From positions 17,099-81,098 of the forward strand of contig JAPPNP010000054.1 in NCBI GenBank assembly GCA_028873795.1: a stretch of 64,000 nt of DNA, in the 5' to 3' direction. The translations under genes and the position numbers were made by a program. Of this stretch, positions 27,458 to 36,419 are shown one piece after another. How positions within the stretch are numbered: position 1 is the first letter of the stretch; each line of letters opens with the position of its first letter. The DNA is from Chloroflexota bacterium. GTDB taxonomy: Bacteria; Chloroflexota; UBA11872. Under the pieces are notes generated by a model. It ran no database searches, was not told where the DNA came from, and saw only the letters and a program-made list of their open reading frames with translations.

Positions 27458-29056
27458 TCAGCGCAGCGCGACCTGCAGCGCCTGGGCGATGTCGTCCACC
27501 GGAATGAAGGTGATGTCGTCGTGGATTCGGGGCGGAAGCTCGTCGAGGTCGCGCTCGTTGCCGCGCGGCAGCACCACGCGGCGCACGCCGGCGCGATGGG
27601 CTGCGAGCACTTTCGGCGCGACGGCGACGGTGGGCTCGACCCGACCGTCCACCGACAAGCTCCCGGTCGAGGCAAGCTCCGGGTCAACCGGACGATCGCG
27701 TGCCAGGGACACGATCGCGATGGCCACGGCAAGCGCCGCAGCGGCCTGGTCGTTGCTCAAGGTGCTGCGTGGCACCTCGACGTGCATGTCGAACTCCTGC
27801 AGGAAACGCGCCGAGACTTGAAGATCCGACAGACGCGCGCGGATGGCCGCGGTGACGACCATCAACTCCCTTGAGACATCGGCGCCATTCGTGTCGAGCA
27901 TCGATATCCGACCTAGCCCGGGTATGAGGGCATGGCCGAGCCCGGGCATGAGCACCGCCAACACGACGCCGTGCCGACCTCCGTGCTCATCAATCACCAG
28001 TGCGGCGGTATGGCCGCGTCGTTGCGCGCGGCGGTCGCGACGCTCAGGAAGGAGCGGTCTGCCGGCAAGATCGAACAGGTCTTCGCTCGCGATGACGCTC
28101 GGAGTGTCGGCACGCTGCACGCCGGCGACCAGGGACCGGCGGACGATGCGCCGTAGCAGGTCGTCCAGTCGAGCGACGCCTGCCTCGTCGGTGTAGCTCC
28201 GGATCAGCACCAGAAGGGCGTTGCCGTCAATCGTCAGGTCGGTGGGGGTCAGGCCATGGTCGGCCAGCGCCGCAGGCATCAGGGTTCGCCGGGACAGCTC
28301 GGTTTTCTGATCGATCAAGAAGCCGGGTAGCTCCGCGACGTCAAGCCGAGACAGGTCGTCCGCCGACAGGGATTGGGTCCAGCGGCAGGTGACGATGATG
28401 AGCGTGTGCGAGAGATCGAAGGGAACGTCGAAGAACGGGTCGCGGACGCTGGCGCGCCGGTGAGCGTCGGTGAGCCGCGCCAGCAGTGTGCCGATGTCGG
28501 CGCCCCATCGTTCGGCGGCGCGGTCGAGTCCCGCCAGTACAACCACGGCCTGGTCCGACTGCGCCTGCTCAACGGCGCCCATGAGCGCACCCGGCTGGCC
28601 GCGGCGCTGCCAAATCTCCGCCGCCGCGCCGAGTTGTGCCAGGTCAATGACCTCAACTGGTCGGTCAAGCACCCTTGCAATGGTTCGCGCGACAACCGTC
28701 TTGCCCACTCCATCGGGTCCGTGCAGGCAGAGGAGACGCTGCGGTGCGTGCGACGGTTGGGCGGCTGTTTGGCGGGCGTCGTGCGCTGTCACATGTTCGG
28801 CAATGGTCGCAACGGCTTGCGGCGGCGCGAAGTGCTCGGACTCCAGGGCGCTCCTGAGCGGGGCGATCGCGAGGGGTTTCGCAGGGCCGCGTGTCCAGGG
28901 CAGTCCGATGGCACGCGTGAGGCTTGCGCTGTCCGCCTTGGAATCATCCAAGCGTGCGGACAAGGCTTGGGCCGCCTCGTCGGGCAAATCGGCCTCGGCG
29001 AGGCGAGTCCGCAGGTCGGCTGGATCCACCGTGCACTCCACCCCGGCGACACGCAC
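27458..29056 (-). CDS. Lon protease homologue (AAA+ plus S16 domain), probably inactive
   Basis: Walker A GPDGVGKT, DPFFDVPFDLS, YTDEAGV and KVLAAHRAG are present. The PKDGPSAG motif reads SNDQAAAA. Confidence 0.85.
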   Translation of the reverse strand: MRVAGVECTVDPADLRTRLAEADLPDEAAQALSARLDDSKADSASLTRAIGLPWTRGPAKPLAIAPLRSALESEHFAPPQAVATIAEHVTAHDARQTAAQPSHAPQRLLCLHGPDGVGKTVVARTIARVLDRPVEVIDLAQLGAAAEIWQRRGQPGALMGAVEQAQSDQAVVVLAGLDRAAERWGADIGTLLARLTDAHRRASVRDPFFDVPFDLSHTLIIVTCRWTQSLSADDLSRLDVAELPGFLIDQKTELSRRTLMPAALADHGLTPTDLTIDGNALLVLIRSYTDEAGVARLDDLLRRIVRRSLVAGVQRADTPSVIASEDLFDLAGRPLLPERRDRRAQRRGHTAALVIDEHGGRHGVVLAVLMPGLGHALIPGLGRISMLDTNGADVSRELMVVTAAIRARLSDLQVSARFLQEFDMHVEVPRSTLSNDQAAAALAVAIAIVSLARDRPVDPELASTGSLSVDGRVEPTVAVAPKVLAAHRAGVRRVVLPRGNERDLDELPPRIHDDITFIPVDDIAQALQVALR

Positions 29057-29247
29057 GTTTGAATCATAGCCGGGTCTGGCGGCTGGTCGTCGGTGAGAAA
29101 GCCCGCATCCCGGCGCGGAAAGCCATAATCGGTCCGCGAACGCGCTGCCCTGGCGCGCGGGATTGACTCGCGGCTGGCGCGGCGCGAAGATCGAACCAAG
29201 AGGCGGGCGTTTTCCCGGCGGTGAGGTTTACCGTGGCTGCAGCACAG

Positions 29248-29574
29248 ATGTCTTCGAACGAAGTCGATGTCCATGAGGCCAAGGCATTGGTCGAGAAGGA
29301 CGAAGTCCGGGTGATCGACGTTCGGACCCAATTTCCGTTTCCGGCCATGCCGGGGGCGGAGTATGTGCCGCTCGAAGACATCCTGGCGCGGCCGACCGAG
29401 GCGATCCCCACCGACAAGCCGATTCTTTTCATCTGCAACGTCGGTCAGACCAGCGGCGTCGCCACGCAGATGGCGACCGCCCTGGGTCTCAACCAGGCCT
29501 ACAACATGCAGGGCGGCATGGAGGCCTGGGAAGCCGCCGGCTATGACACCGAGGAGCCACCGGACGGACACTAG
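29248..29574 (+). CDS. Rhodanese-like domain protein
   Basis: VIDVR, active-site loop ICNVGQTS, GGMEAW. Confidence 0.88.
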   Translation: MSSNEVDVHEAKALVEKDEVRVIDVRTQFPFPAMPGAEYVPLEDILARPTEAIPTDKPILFICNVGQTSGVATQMATALGLNQAYNMQGGMEAWEAAGYDTEEPPDGH

Positions 29575-29618
29575 GGCCGGCCGGGCATGCGAGAGGTCTA
29601 GGGAACGAGGGTAGGCGA

Positions 29619-30458
29619 GTGTTCAACGTCGAGCAGGTTCAACGATATAGCCGGCACATGCTGCTGCCGGAGGTTGGCGTCGCCGGTCAAATGAAGCTCT
29701 TGGACGCCAGCGTCGTGGCCATTGGAGCCGGGGGCCTCGGTTCGCCGGTGCTCTATTACCTGGCCGCCGCCGGCGTGGGCAAGCTGGGCGTGGTGGACTT
29801 CGATGTCGTCGACCGCTCCAATTTGCAGCGGCAGATCCTGCACCGCGAGGACCGCGTGGGCCTGCCCAAGACCGGGTCCGCGGCCGAGACGCTCACCGGG
29901 CTCAACTCCGACGTGGAAGTGATCGAGCACAACGAGCCGCTGACCTCCGAGAACGCCATGGAGGTGCTGGGCGACTACGACGTGATCGTGAACGGCTGCG
30001 ACAACTTCCCCACCCGCTACCTCGTCAATGACGCCGCCTACATGCTGGGCAAGCCCGTGGTCGACGGCAGCGTGCTGCGGTTCGAGGGCATGTCGACGGT
30101 CTTCGTGCCCGGCGAAGGCTGCTATCGCTGCCTCTACCCCACGCCGCCGCCCCCGGAAATGGCGCCGAGCTGCTCCGAGGCCGGCGTGCTGGGCGTGCTG
30201 CCGGGCCTGGTGGGTCTCATCCAGGCCACGGAGACGATCAAGGTGATCTTGGGCACCGGCGACACGCTCGCCGGACGGTTGCTGCTGTTCGACGCCCTGG
30301 CCATGGAATTCCGCGAGCTGAAGCTGCGGCGAGACCCCGACTGCCCGCTGTGCGGCGATTCCCCCACGGTCACCGAGCTGATCGACTACGAGGAATTCTG
30401 CGGCTTCGCCGGCGGCGACCGCGCCTCGCAGCCGGTCGAGGCGGGAGTTGCGGGGTAG
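29619..30458 (+). CDS. moeB: MoeB/ThiF-family adenylyltransferase
   Basis: RYSRH, GAGGLG, SNLQRQ, CYRC, SCSEAGVLG and CPLC motifs. Confidence 0.92.
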   Translation: MFNVEQVQRYSRHMLLPEVGVAGQMKLLDASVVAIGAGGLGSPVLYYLAAAGVGKLGVVDFDVVDRSNLQRQILHREDRVGLPKTGSAAETLTGLNSDVEVIEHNEPLTSENAMEVLGDYDVIVNGCDNFPTRYLVNDAAYMLGKPVVDGSVLRFEGMSTVFVPGEGCYRCLYPTPPPPEMAPSCSEAGVLGVLPGLVGLIQATETIKVILGTGDTLAGRLLLFDALAMEFRELKLRRDPDCPLCGDSPTVTELIDYEEFCGFAGGDRASQPVEAGVAG

Positions 30459-30466
30459 GAGCGCGC

Positions 30467-30495
30467 TCCCATGCTGCACGCAGCATGGGCCACCG
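30467..30495. repeat. 29-bp palindromic repeat (left partner of 31065-31093)
   Basis: TCCCATGCTGCACGCAGCATGGGCCACCG; 26/29 identical to the reverse complement of 31065-31093. Confidence 0.7.
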
Positions 30496-30505
30496 GATCC
30501 TTGCC

Positions 30506-30991
30506 ATGACCTCGCCTGACGCCTCGCCGCCAAGCACGGCCATCGATCGCGGCATCTACGTCATGCCGCAGTTCGTCACGTTCGAGGTGTCGGATATGGC
30601 CGCGGCGCGGCGCTGGTATGTGAACGGACTCGGCTTCGTGGAGCTGGCCGTGCTTCCGGGACCGGACGGCGACCCGGTGCTGGTCCACCTGCGCCGGTTT
30701 CGCTATCAGGATGTCTTGCTGGTGCCGGGACGCGATCCCGAGGAAAAGGCGTCGGGCGTGCGGGTCTCGTTCGCCGCCGGGGACGAGGACCTGGATGCGC
30801 GGGCGGCCTCTGCCTCCGGCGAGTCCGGCGGCGTCGTCGAAGGGCCGACCAGCACGCCGTGGAACACACGCGATCTGCACTTCCAGGACGCCGACGGCCA
30901 CCTGGTGGTGTTCACCCAGCCGGACCTAAACGTCGACATGGACTCGGAGTTCGCGCAGCGAGTGCGTGACTCGGTGCAAACGACCGACTAG
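30506..30991 (+). CDS. VOC/glyoxalase family protein
   Basis: IYVMPQFVT, LVHLRRFRYQD and TPWNTRD...DADG motifs. Confidence 0.85.
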   Translation: MTSPDASPPSTAIDRGIYVMPQFVTFEVSDMAAARRWYVNGLGFVELAVLPGPDGDPVLVHLRRFRYQDVLLVPGRDPEEKASGVRVSFAAGDEDLDARAASASGESGGVVEGPTSTPWNTRDLHFQDADGHLVVFTQPDLNVDMDSEFAQRVRDSVQTTD

Positions 30992-31003
30992 GTCGGCCGA
31001 AGT

Positions 31004-31038
31004 ACCGTTCGTGGTGAGCCTGTCGAACCACGAACGGT
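31004..31038. repeat. REP-like palindrome, possible terminator
   Basis: ACCGTTCGTGGT-GAGCCTGTCGA-ACCACGAACGGT, a 12-bp stem. Confidence 0.7.
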
Positions 31039-31064
31039 GCTGCCTCACCACCAACGGCGCCGCT

Positions 31065-31093
31065 CGGTGGCCCGCGCTGCGTGCAGCGTGGGA
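31065..31093. repeat. 29-bp palindromic repeat (right, inverted partner)
   Basis: CGGTGGCCCGCGCTGCGTGCAGCGTGGGA. Confidence 0.7.
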
Positions 31094-31157
31094 CCGGCCG
31101 GAGTCATATCTCCCAGGCTGCCTGCAGCCTGGGCCACTGGGCAATGAGCCCCGGAAA

Positions 31158-31239
31158 TGTCATTCCGAACGAACGTGAGGAATCTAAGGACGCTGCGCCG
31201 TCTCCGATGCCCCTTAGATTCCTCGCTGCGCTCGGAATG
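31158..31239. repeat. Inverted REP pair (REPIN-like) of the TGTCATTCCGA...GAGGAATCT family
   Basis: 31158-31185 and 31216-31239 are inverted. Further copies at 52219-52245 and degenerate at about 26193-26220. Confidence 0.7.
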
Positions 31240-31252
31240 CCCAGATGAGTGC

Positions 31253-32299
31253 TTACACGTGATAGATGTAGAGATCGCGGTCGGTCAGCGGCAAATCGAC
31301 CCACGCCCCGCCCTGGCGGTGGCTTTCGGCGATGGCAAAGCAGGCCTCGGTGACGTTGTGCGCCTGCTCGATGTGATTGAGCGTGGGCCGTCCGGTTTCG
31401 TGGGATTCGATGAGGTCCTCCAGGCACGCCACGACCGAGCTTGACTTCTCGACCTCGGGCAGCGGCTCCGCGTGCCACTCGCGGTGGCGCGTCGAGTCGG
31501 TGGGACGGTTGACGCGCAGGGACAAACCCTCGGCGTTGTTGAGCGTGCGCACCACGCCCTCGGTCCCGACGATCTCGAACTCATGCTGGCCGGCGGGGAT
31601 GCACCACGCCTCCACCCCGTTCTCGAACGCCAGGTGATAGGTCGCCATGGGGTCGTCATCGAGCCTGCCGTCCACGATCTCGAGATCGCGGGGATGAAGC
31701 TCACCGCGCACGCGCGTGATGCGGGGATCGCCGAGCAGATAGGACAGGGCATCCACGCTGTGGATGTGGCCGTGAAGCAGACTCCGGGCGGGGAATTGGA
31801 CCCCGGCCTTGGGCTCGCCGATGCGGCCCTGGTCGATCAGGCGCCGCGCCGCGCCGAAGGTTTTCGAGAACCGGTTCAGCACCCCTGAGTTGAACACGGT
31901 GCCCTGCGCCTGGCAGGCCGCCAGCACGGCGTCGGCCTCGCGGGGCGAGCAGGCGATGGCCTTTTCCAGGTACATCATGGGCACGCCGGCGTTCGCCACC
32001 CGCACGGCCAGCTCCGAGTGCACGTCGGCCCGGGTGCAGATGGCGACGAGGTCGGGCTGCTCCTTGGCGATCATCTCGTCCAGGTCTTCGTAAACCGCGG
32101 GCACACCCCAGCGATCGCTGAAATTGGCGCGCTTCTCGGGCAGCAGGTCGCATCCGGCCACCAGATCGAGTTGCGCGGCAGCCTGACAGGCGCCCGGCAG
32201 GCCGTAGGGCAGCATGAAGTCGCGCGACGGCGGAATCTCGTCGTCGATGGTGTTGCCCATGCGGCCCAGGCCCAAGATGGCGGCGCGGTAAGTCTTCAT
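31253..32299 (-). CDS. Gfo/Idh/MocA family oxidoreductase
   Basis: GLGRMG, LEKA and LLHGHIH motifs. Confidence 0.88.
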   Translation of the reverse strand: MKTYRAAILGLGRMGNTIDDEIPPSRDFMLPYGLPGACQAAAQLDLVAGCDLLPEKRANFSDRWGVPAVYEDLDEMIAKEQPDLVAICTRADVHSELAVRVANAGVPMMYLEKAIACSPREADAVLAACQAQGTVFNSGVLNRFSKTFGAARRLIDQGRIGEPKAGVQFPARSLLHGHIHSVDALSYLLGDPRITRVRGELHPRDLEIVDGRLDDDPMATYHLAFENGVEAWCIPAGQHEFEIVGTEGVVRTLNNAEGLSLRVNRPTDSTRHREWHAEPLPEVEKSSSVVACLEDLIESHETGRPTLNHIEQAHNVTEACFAIAESHRQGGAWVDLPLTDRDLYIYHV

Positions 32300-32350
32300 G
32301 TCGATCTCCTGCTGAGGTAGTCGCCTTCGCTGCCCGGTATGGTGCCAGCC

Positions 32351-32992
32351 TCAATCCGGCGGTGCGCGGTCCAGTGACTGGATGAATCCTGCCGTCTCCG
32401 CGACGGCCGTCGCGAGATGACCAGCCGCCGTGTGGCCGGACCGCTTGCGCGGGACGAACGAGTGGTCGCCGTCGGCCAGCCAGCGGACGCGGATGGCGTC
32501 GGACAAGCTGTAGCCATTGACTTCATCCTTGGAGCCAAATGCGTCGCGCTCGCCCTGCACGATGAGCGTCGGCGTGCGCAGGCCGGCCAGGTGCTCGGTG
32601 CGGAGCCTCTCCGGCTTGCCCGGCGGATGAAAGGGATAGCCAAGGCACACGAGTCCCCGAACGCCGACCGCGTCGGCGATGAGGCTGGCCATGCGGCCGC
32701 CCATGGAGCGCCCGCCGATCACCAAGTCTCTAGCTCCGCCCAGGGCGTCGATGACCTCGTGCCAGGTCTCCAGCAGCACGGCCTGCCGGTCGGGCGGCCG
32801 GCGGCTGCCGCCGTCGCGTCGCCGTCGCATGTAGGGAAACTCGAAGCGAACGACCTGAATTCCGGCGCCGGCCACTCCCGTGGCGATGGCCTCCATGGTC
32901 GGGCTGTCCATGGGCGCCCCGGCGCCGTGGGCCAGCACGAAGCGGTTGGGAGCGTTGGCTGGTCCGTCGGTGAGGAAGGACAGCTCGCTCAT
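32351..32992 (-). CDS. Alpha/beta hydrolase (KANL3/Tex30-like)
   Basis: HGAGAPMDS, GRSMGGR, LGYPFHPPG and DGDHS motifs. Confidence 0.9.
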   Translation of the reverse strand: MSELSFLTDGPANAPNRFVLAHGAGAPMDSPTMEAIATGVAGAGIQVVRFEFPYMRRRRDGGSRRPPDRQAVLLETWHEVIDALGGARDLVIGGRSMGGRMASLIADAVGVRGLVCLGYPFHPPGKPERLRTEHLAGLRTPTLIVQGERDAFGSKDEVNGYSLSDAIRVRWLADGDHSFVPRKRSGHTAAGHLATAVAETAGFIQSLDRAPPD

Positions 32993-32998
32993 GCCGAC

Positions 32999-34075
32999 TC
33001 AGACCAGGCGAATCTCAGCCGAGGTCAGGGCATCTCGGAATTCGTCGAGTGGCAAGTTTCCGTCGGTCATGACGATCGACGATGCGATCGGCGTGTGGCC
33101 GCCGGACCCGACGCTGAGCCGCATCGGTCCATGCCGGCGCGGGGTGTCCACGCCGCGGGCGCGAGTTTCGGGGAAACCCCAGAGGTTCACGATGTCCGCG
33201 GCGTCGGCTGGCAGATCGACGACGGCTTCGTGGGTGCGGTCCATGATGCCGCGGATGCCCTCCCAAAACTGCGCCACGTAGCGCGGGCCGTGCGAATCGG
33301 TGTATTCCCAGATGAACAGCCGAATGTTGTCGGCCAGGGGAATGTTCTGCTCGACCACCTCCGACTGCAGCAGCACCGGGCCTTCGGCTGGGTTAATGAG
33401 ATCGAATCGGCGCTCGATCGGATTCGCCAGGCCCATGGCGCGCCCAATCTGGATGGGGAAGCTCGCGGCGCAATAGCACCAGTCGCCGCCAAAGGCTTCC
33501 ATTTCCACGGTCGCCGGGTCGAATTCGAGCCCGCGGCTCTCGGCCTGGGACATGAGATCCAGACCCCAGGCCTTGGCCTGCATCCAGCCACGAATCTCGG
33601 TCTGCAGCAGCCCGCCTGGGGGCAGATTGGAAGCGGCATCGCGGGATGCCCGGTCCAGCCTGAGCTCGTCGGCGGTGAGCACCCGGTCGACGAGCCCGCG
33701 GTTGCGAATCGCCGCCCGCTGGTCGTCTTCCACGCCGTCAAGAAAGCTGCTGCCCAGCGCCCGTTCCTTGGCCTCGGCCCCGCCCTCGACGCGCGACGCC
33801 ATGGACCGCCGACCGAGCCGCGCGTCGGCGTATTCGATGATCTCGTCGGCGGCCTCGAAATGCGTGGGGAGAAAGTAGAAGGCCTCGTCATCGCCCGCGG
33901 CGTCGATGATGCGCTGGTAGTCCCGCTGCAGCCGCACTTCGAGCGGATACGCCAATGGAATCCGCTCAACGAATTGATTCCACTTGCGATCCATGCGCTC
34001 GCGGTTGTCGGGCGGCAGCGCCAGCCAGGTCAGAGAGTGGACCGAGAGCCAGATCTTGCGCAGCTGGGTCGCCAT
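32999..34075 (-). CDS. Hypothetical protein (about 358 aa)
   Basis: Protein-like composition from MATQLRK onward; lies 6 bp upstream of the hydrolase gene. No family recognised. Confidence 0.7.
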   Translation of the reverse strand: MATQLRKIWLSVHSLTWLALPPDNRERMDRKWNQFVERIPLAYPLEVRLQRDYQRIIDAAGDDEAFYFLPTHFEAADEIIEYADARLGRRSMASRVEGGAEAKERALGSSFLDGVEDDQRAAIRNRGLVDRVLTADELRLDRASRDAASNLPPGGLLQTEIRGWMQAKAWGLDLMSQAESRGLEFDPATVEMEAFGGDWCYCAASFPIQIGRAMGLANPIERRFDLINPAEGPVLLQSEVVEQNIPLADNIRLFIWEYTDSHGPRYVAQFWEGIRGIMDRTHEAVVDLPADAADIVNLWGFPETRARGVDTPRRHGPMRLSVGSGGHTPIASSIVMTDGNLPLDEFRDALTSAEIRLV

Positions 34076-34254
34076 AGGAGCGGCCTTCAAGTCGGATCGA
34101 CGCATCGCGGAAGCGCGAAGGCGATCACCGTCCGCTGCGATTATGCCCGGCGGGTCGGTCGGCGAGGCCGAATGGGGCCCTGCTCGGTGTGCGGGCACCC
34201 CTCGTGGCCACCGGCGCTTACTATGCCTCCGGCTGTTGCCGAGGTGTCGTCGCC

Positions 34255-35253
34255 ATGCAATGGATCGCGCTGCCGTCGCCGGATGTCGAAATGCGGGGTC
34301 TGGTGGGTGCGCCGCGGGCGCTGCTCCATCGGATTCCGGAGGAGCACCGGGACAGCCTGCCGGCCGACACCTGGGAGCGCTCGGAGATGGCTTCGGGCGT
34401 GCGGCTGGTCTTTCAGACGAACAGCCCGCGCGTGGCGCTGCATTTCGAGTACCTGCAGCGACCGAGCCGCGCCAGCAAGGTCGACGCCTACGTCGACGGG
34501 AAGTTTGCCGGCACGGACGGCGGTGACGACGCCGGGCCATGCACCGCCGATCTCCTTCAGGGCATGACGGGCACTCATGATGTCGAGTTGCACATGCCGC
34601 CCTACTCCAAAGTGCGGCTCAAGTCGCTGGGTCTCGCTCCCGGCGCCAGCCTGGCGGCGCCCGCCTCGCGGCCGTCGCGATTCATCACCTTCCACGGCGA
34701 CTCGATCACGCACGGCGCCGTCACGACGCGGTCGGGGCTGGCCTATCCGTCACGGGTGGCTCGTGCGCTCGGCGCCGATTTCATCAACCTGGGCTTCGGC
34801 GGATCGGCTAGAGGTGAGCCCGGCATGGCGCGAATCGTGGCCGACCTGCCGGCCGACGCGATCTCGCTCTATTACGGCATCAACACCTACGCCATCGGCC
34901 ATCCTGGACCGGAGGAATTCGGCCGCATCTACGCCGACTTTCTCGAGGTCGTGCGTGCCTCACATGGGAAAACGCCCATCGTGGTCATCACACCCACCTG
35001 GTATGTCCCGGAGCTGAACCAGCGGAACGCCGCCGGCGCTAGCGTGGAGGAGTATCGGGAGGTCATCCGGCGCGTAGTGAGCGCCCGCGTGGCCGCGGGC
35101 GATACCAACCTGGTTGTGCTGGAGGGCTGCAGCCTCATCGGCTCCGGCGACGAGTCGCGCCTGGCGGACCTGGTGCATCCGAACGACGAGGGCTTTGCCG
35201 CGATCGCCGCTGGGCTCACGCGGTTGATCGGCCAGGCGTGGGGGACGGCCTAG
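34255..35253 (+). CDS. SGNH/GDSL hydrolase (esterase) with N-terminal domain
   Basis: GDSITHG, NLGFGG, GINT and DLVHPND motifs. Confidence 0.9.
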   Translation: MQWIALPSPDVEMRGLVGAPRALLHRIPEEHRDSLPADTWERSEMASGVRLVFQTNSPRVALHFEYLQRPSRASKVDAYVDGKFAGTDGGDDAGPCTADLLQGMTGTHDVELHMPPYSKVRLKSLGLAPGASLAAPASRPSRFITFHGDSITHGAVTTRSGLAYPSRVARALGADFINLGFGGSARGEPGMARIVADLPADAISLYYGINTYAIGHPGPEEFGRIYADFLEVVRASHGKTPIVVITPTWYVPELNQRNAAGASVEEYREVIRRVVSARVAAGDTNLVVLEGCSLIGSGDESRLADLVHPNDEGFAAIAAGLTRLIGQAWGTA

Positions 35254-35285
35254 ACTCCCGCGTCCGTTGTCCCTTGTATCAACCC

Positions 35286-35398
35286 CTCCGTCATTCCGGC
35301 GGAAGCCGGAATCCAGTCCAGTCGAATCTCCAGGCACGGCGGACGCTTGGCGTGCGGGCAGGTTTGAAACCTGCCCCTACGGCATTTCGCACAGGTCT
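35286..35398. repeat. Composite MITE/REP element
   Basis: CTCCGTCATTCCGGCGGAAGCCGGAATCC plus GGGCAGGTTTGAAACCTGCCCCTAC, with a CGCACAGGTCT end. Confidence 0.7.
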
Positions 35399-35510
35399 GC
35401 ATTCGCGGGAAACGACGGCGGGGCTTCGTGCGGGTGAGCGTCCAGTGCGGCGCTCAATCACCCATTCGGATATCGTGACGCGCAGGACAGCGAGACACGG
35501 AGCCTGAGCC

Positions 35511-36419
35511 ATCAAGTCGAAGGATGAGTTCGACGCGCGGTTAGTGGGGCCGTGCAACTCCGTGCCGACGATCTTTCACGAAGACGGCACGATCGACTAC
35601 CCGTCCATCCGCAAACTGATCGACTTCAGCATCGACGGCGGCTGCGATGTGATCATGCTCACCTGGGGTGACAGCTTGATCTCGCTGCTCACCGACGACG
35701 AGGTCGCGGAGCTGCACCGGGTCGTCATTGACCAGACCGGCGAGCGCGCGGTCACCATCGCCTGCGACAACATTTGGGGCCGCAACAAGGCGGTCGAGTT
35801 CGGGCGCTACGTTCGCGAGCTCGGCTTCGACGTCTACATGGTGCGCCCCGCCGAATGGGCCAAGGGCACGGCGGAGTCGCTGGCGGAGTTCTACACCGCC
35901 TGCGGGCGCGAGTCGCCGGTGATGTTCGTGGGCGACGTGCCGCTGCGCACGCTCGAGCTCCTCGCCGACGACCCGAACATGTGGGCCTTCAAGGAAGACC
36001 TGGGCCTCGACTACGCCCACGAAATCATCATGCGCTGGGGCGACCGCTGGCCGATGATCGGCGGCGGCGGGATGAAGCGCCACCACCTGTTGTGGGCGCA
36101 CGGCCACTGCGACACGTGGCTCGACGGCTTCTGTCGCACCTTCCCGGCGGTCTCCCAGGACTATTGGCGCGCGCTTCGGCGCGGCGACATCGCGGCGGCC
36201 TGGGCGCAGGCGATGCAATACGAAGTGCCGCTGCGCGCCATGGCGCAGCGCGTGCGCTATGGACCCGACGGCTTCGTCAAGCATGCGATGGTGGAGGCTG
36301 CGGGCGTGGCTCCCCGCTGGCGACGCTCGCCGGCGGCCAACCCGACGGAGGAAGAGATGGACGAGTTGCGAGAGTTCCTGGCTGGGCTCGGACCGCAGAC
36401 ACAGCCGGTGCCGGCATGA
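35511..36419 (+). CDS. DHDPS/NAL-family class I aldolase-like protein 1 (probable ATC start)
   Basis: PTIF..DG.ID, LTWGDS and AFKED motifs; N-terminus IKSKDEF aligns with the paralog's MKSPDEI. Confidence 0.82.
   Translation: MKSKDEFDARLVGPCNSVPTIFHEDGTIDYPSIRKLIDFSIDGGCDVIMLTWGDSLISLLTDDEVAELHRVVIDQTGERAVTIACDNIWGRNKAVEFGRYVRELGFDVYMVRPAEWAKGTAESLAEFYTACGRESPVMFVGDVPLRTLELLADDPNMWAFKEDLGLDYAHEIIMRWGDRWPMIGGGGMKRHHLLWAHGHCDTWLDGFCRTFPAVSQDYWRALRRGDIAAAWAQAMQYEVPLRAMAQRVRYGPDGFVKHAMVEAAGVAPRWRRSPAANPTEEEMDELREFLAGLGPQTQPVPA

Noticed and set aside
32417-34567. Long antisense ORFs (also 43073-45172, 52598-55186, 55532-57280, 50183-51694, 62024-63640)
   Set aside because: Shadow frames of real genes, expected at high GC3.
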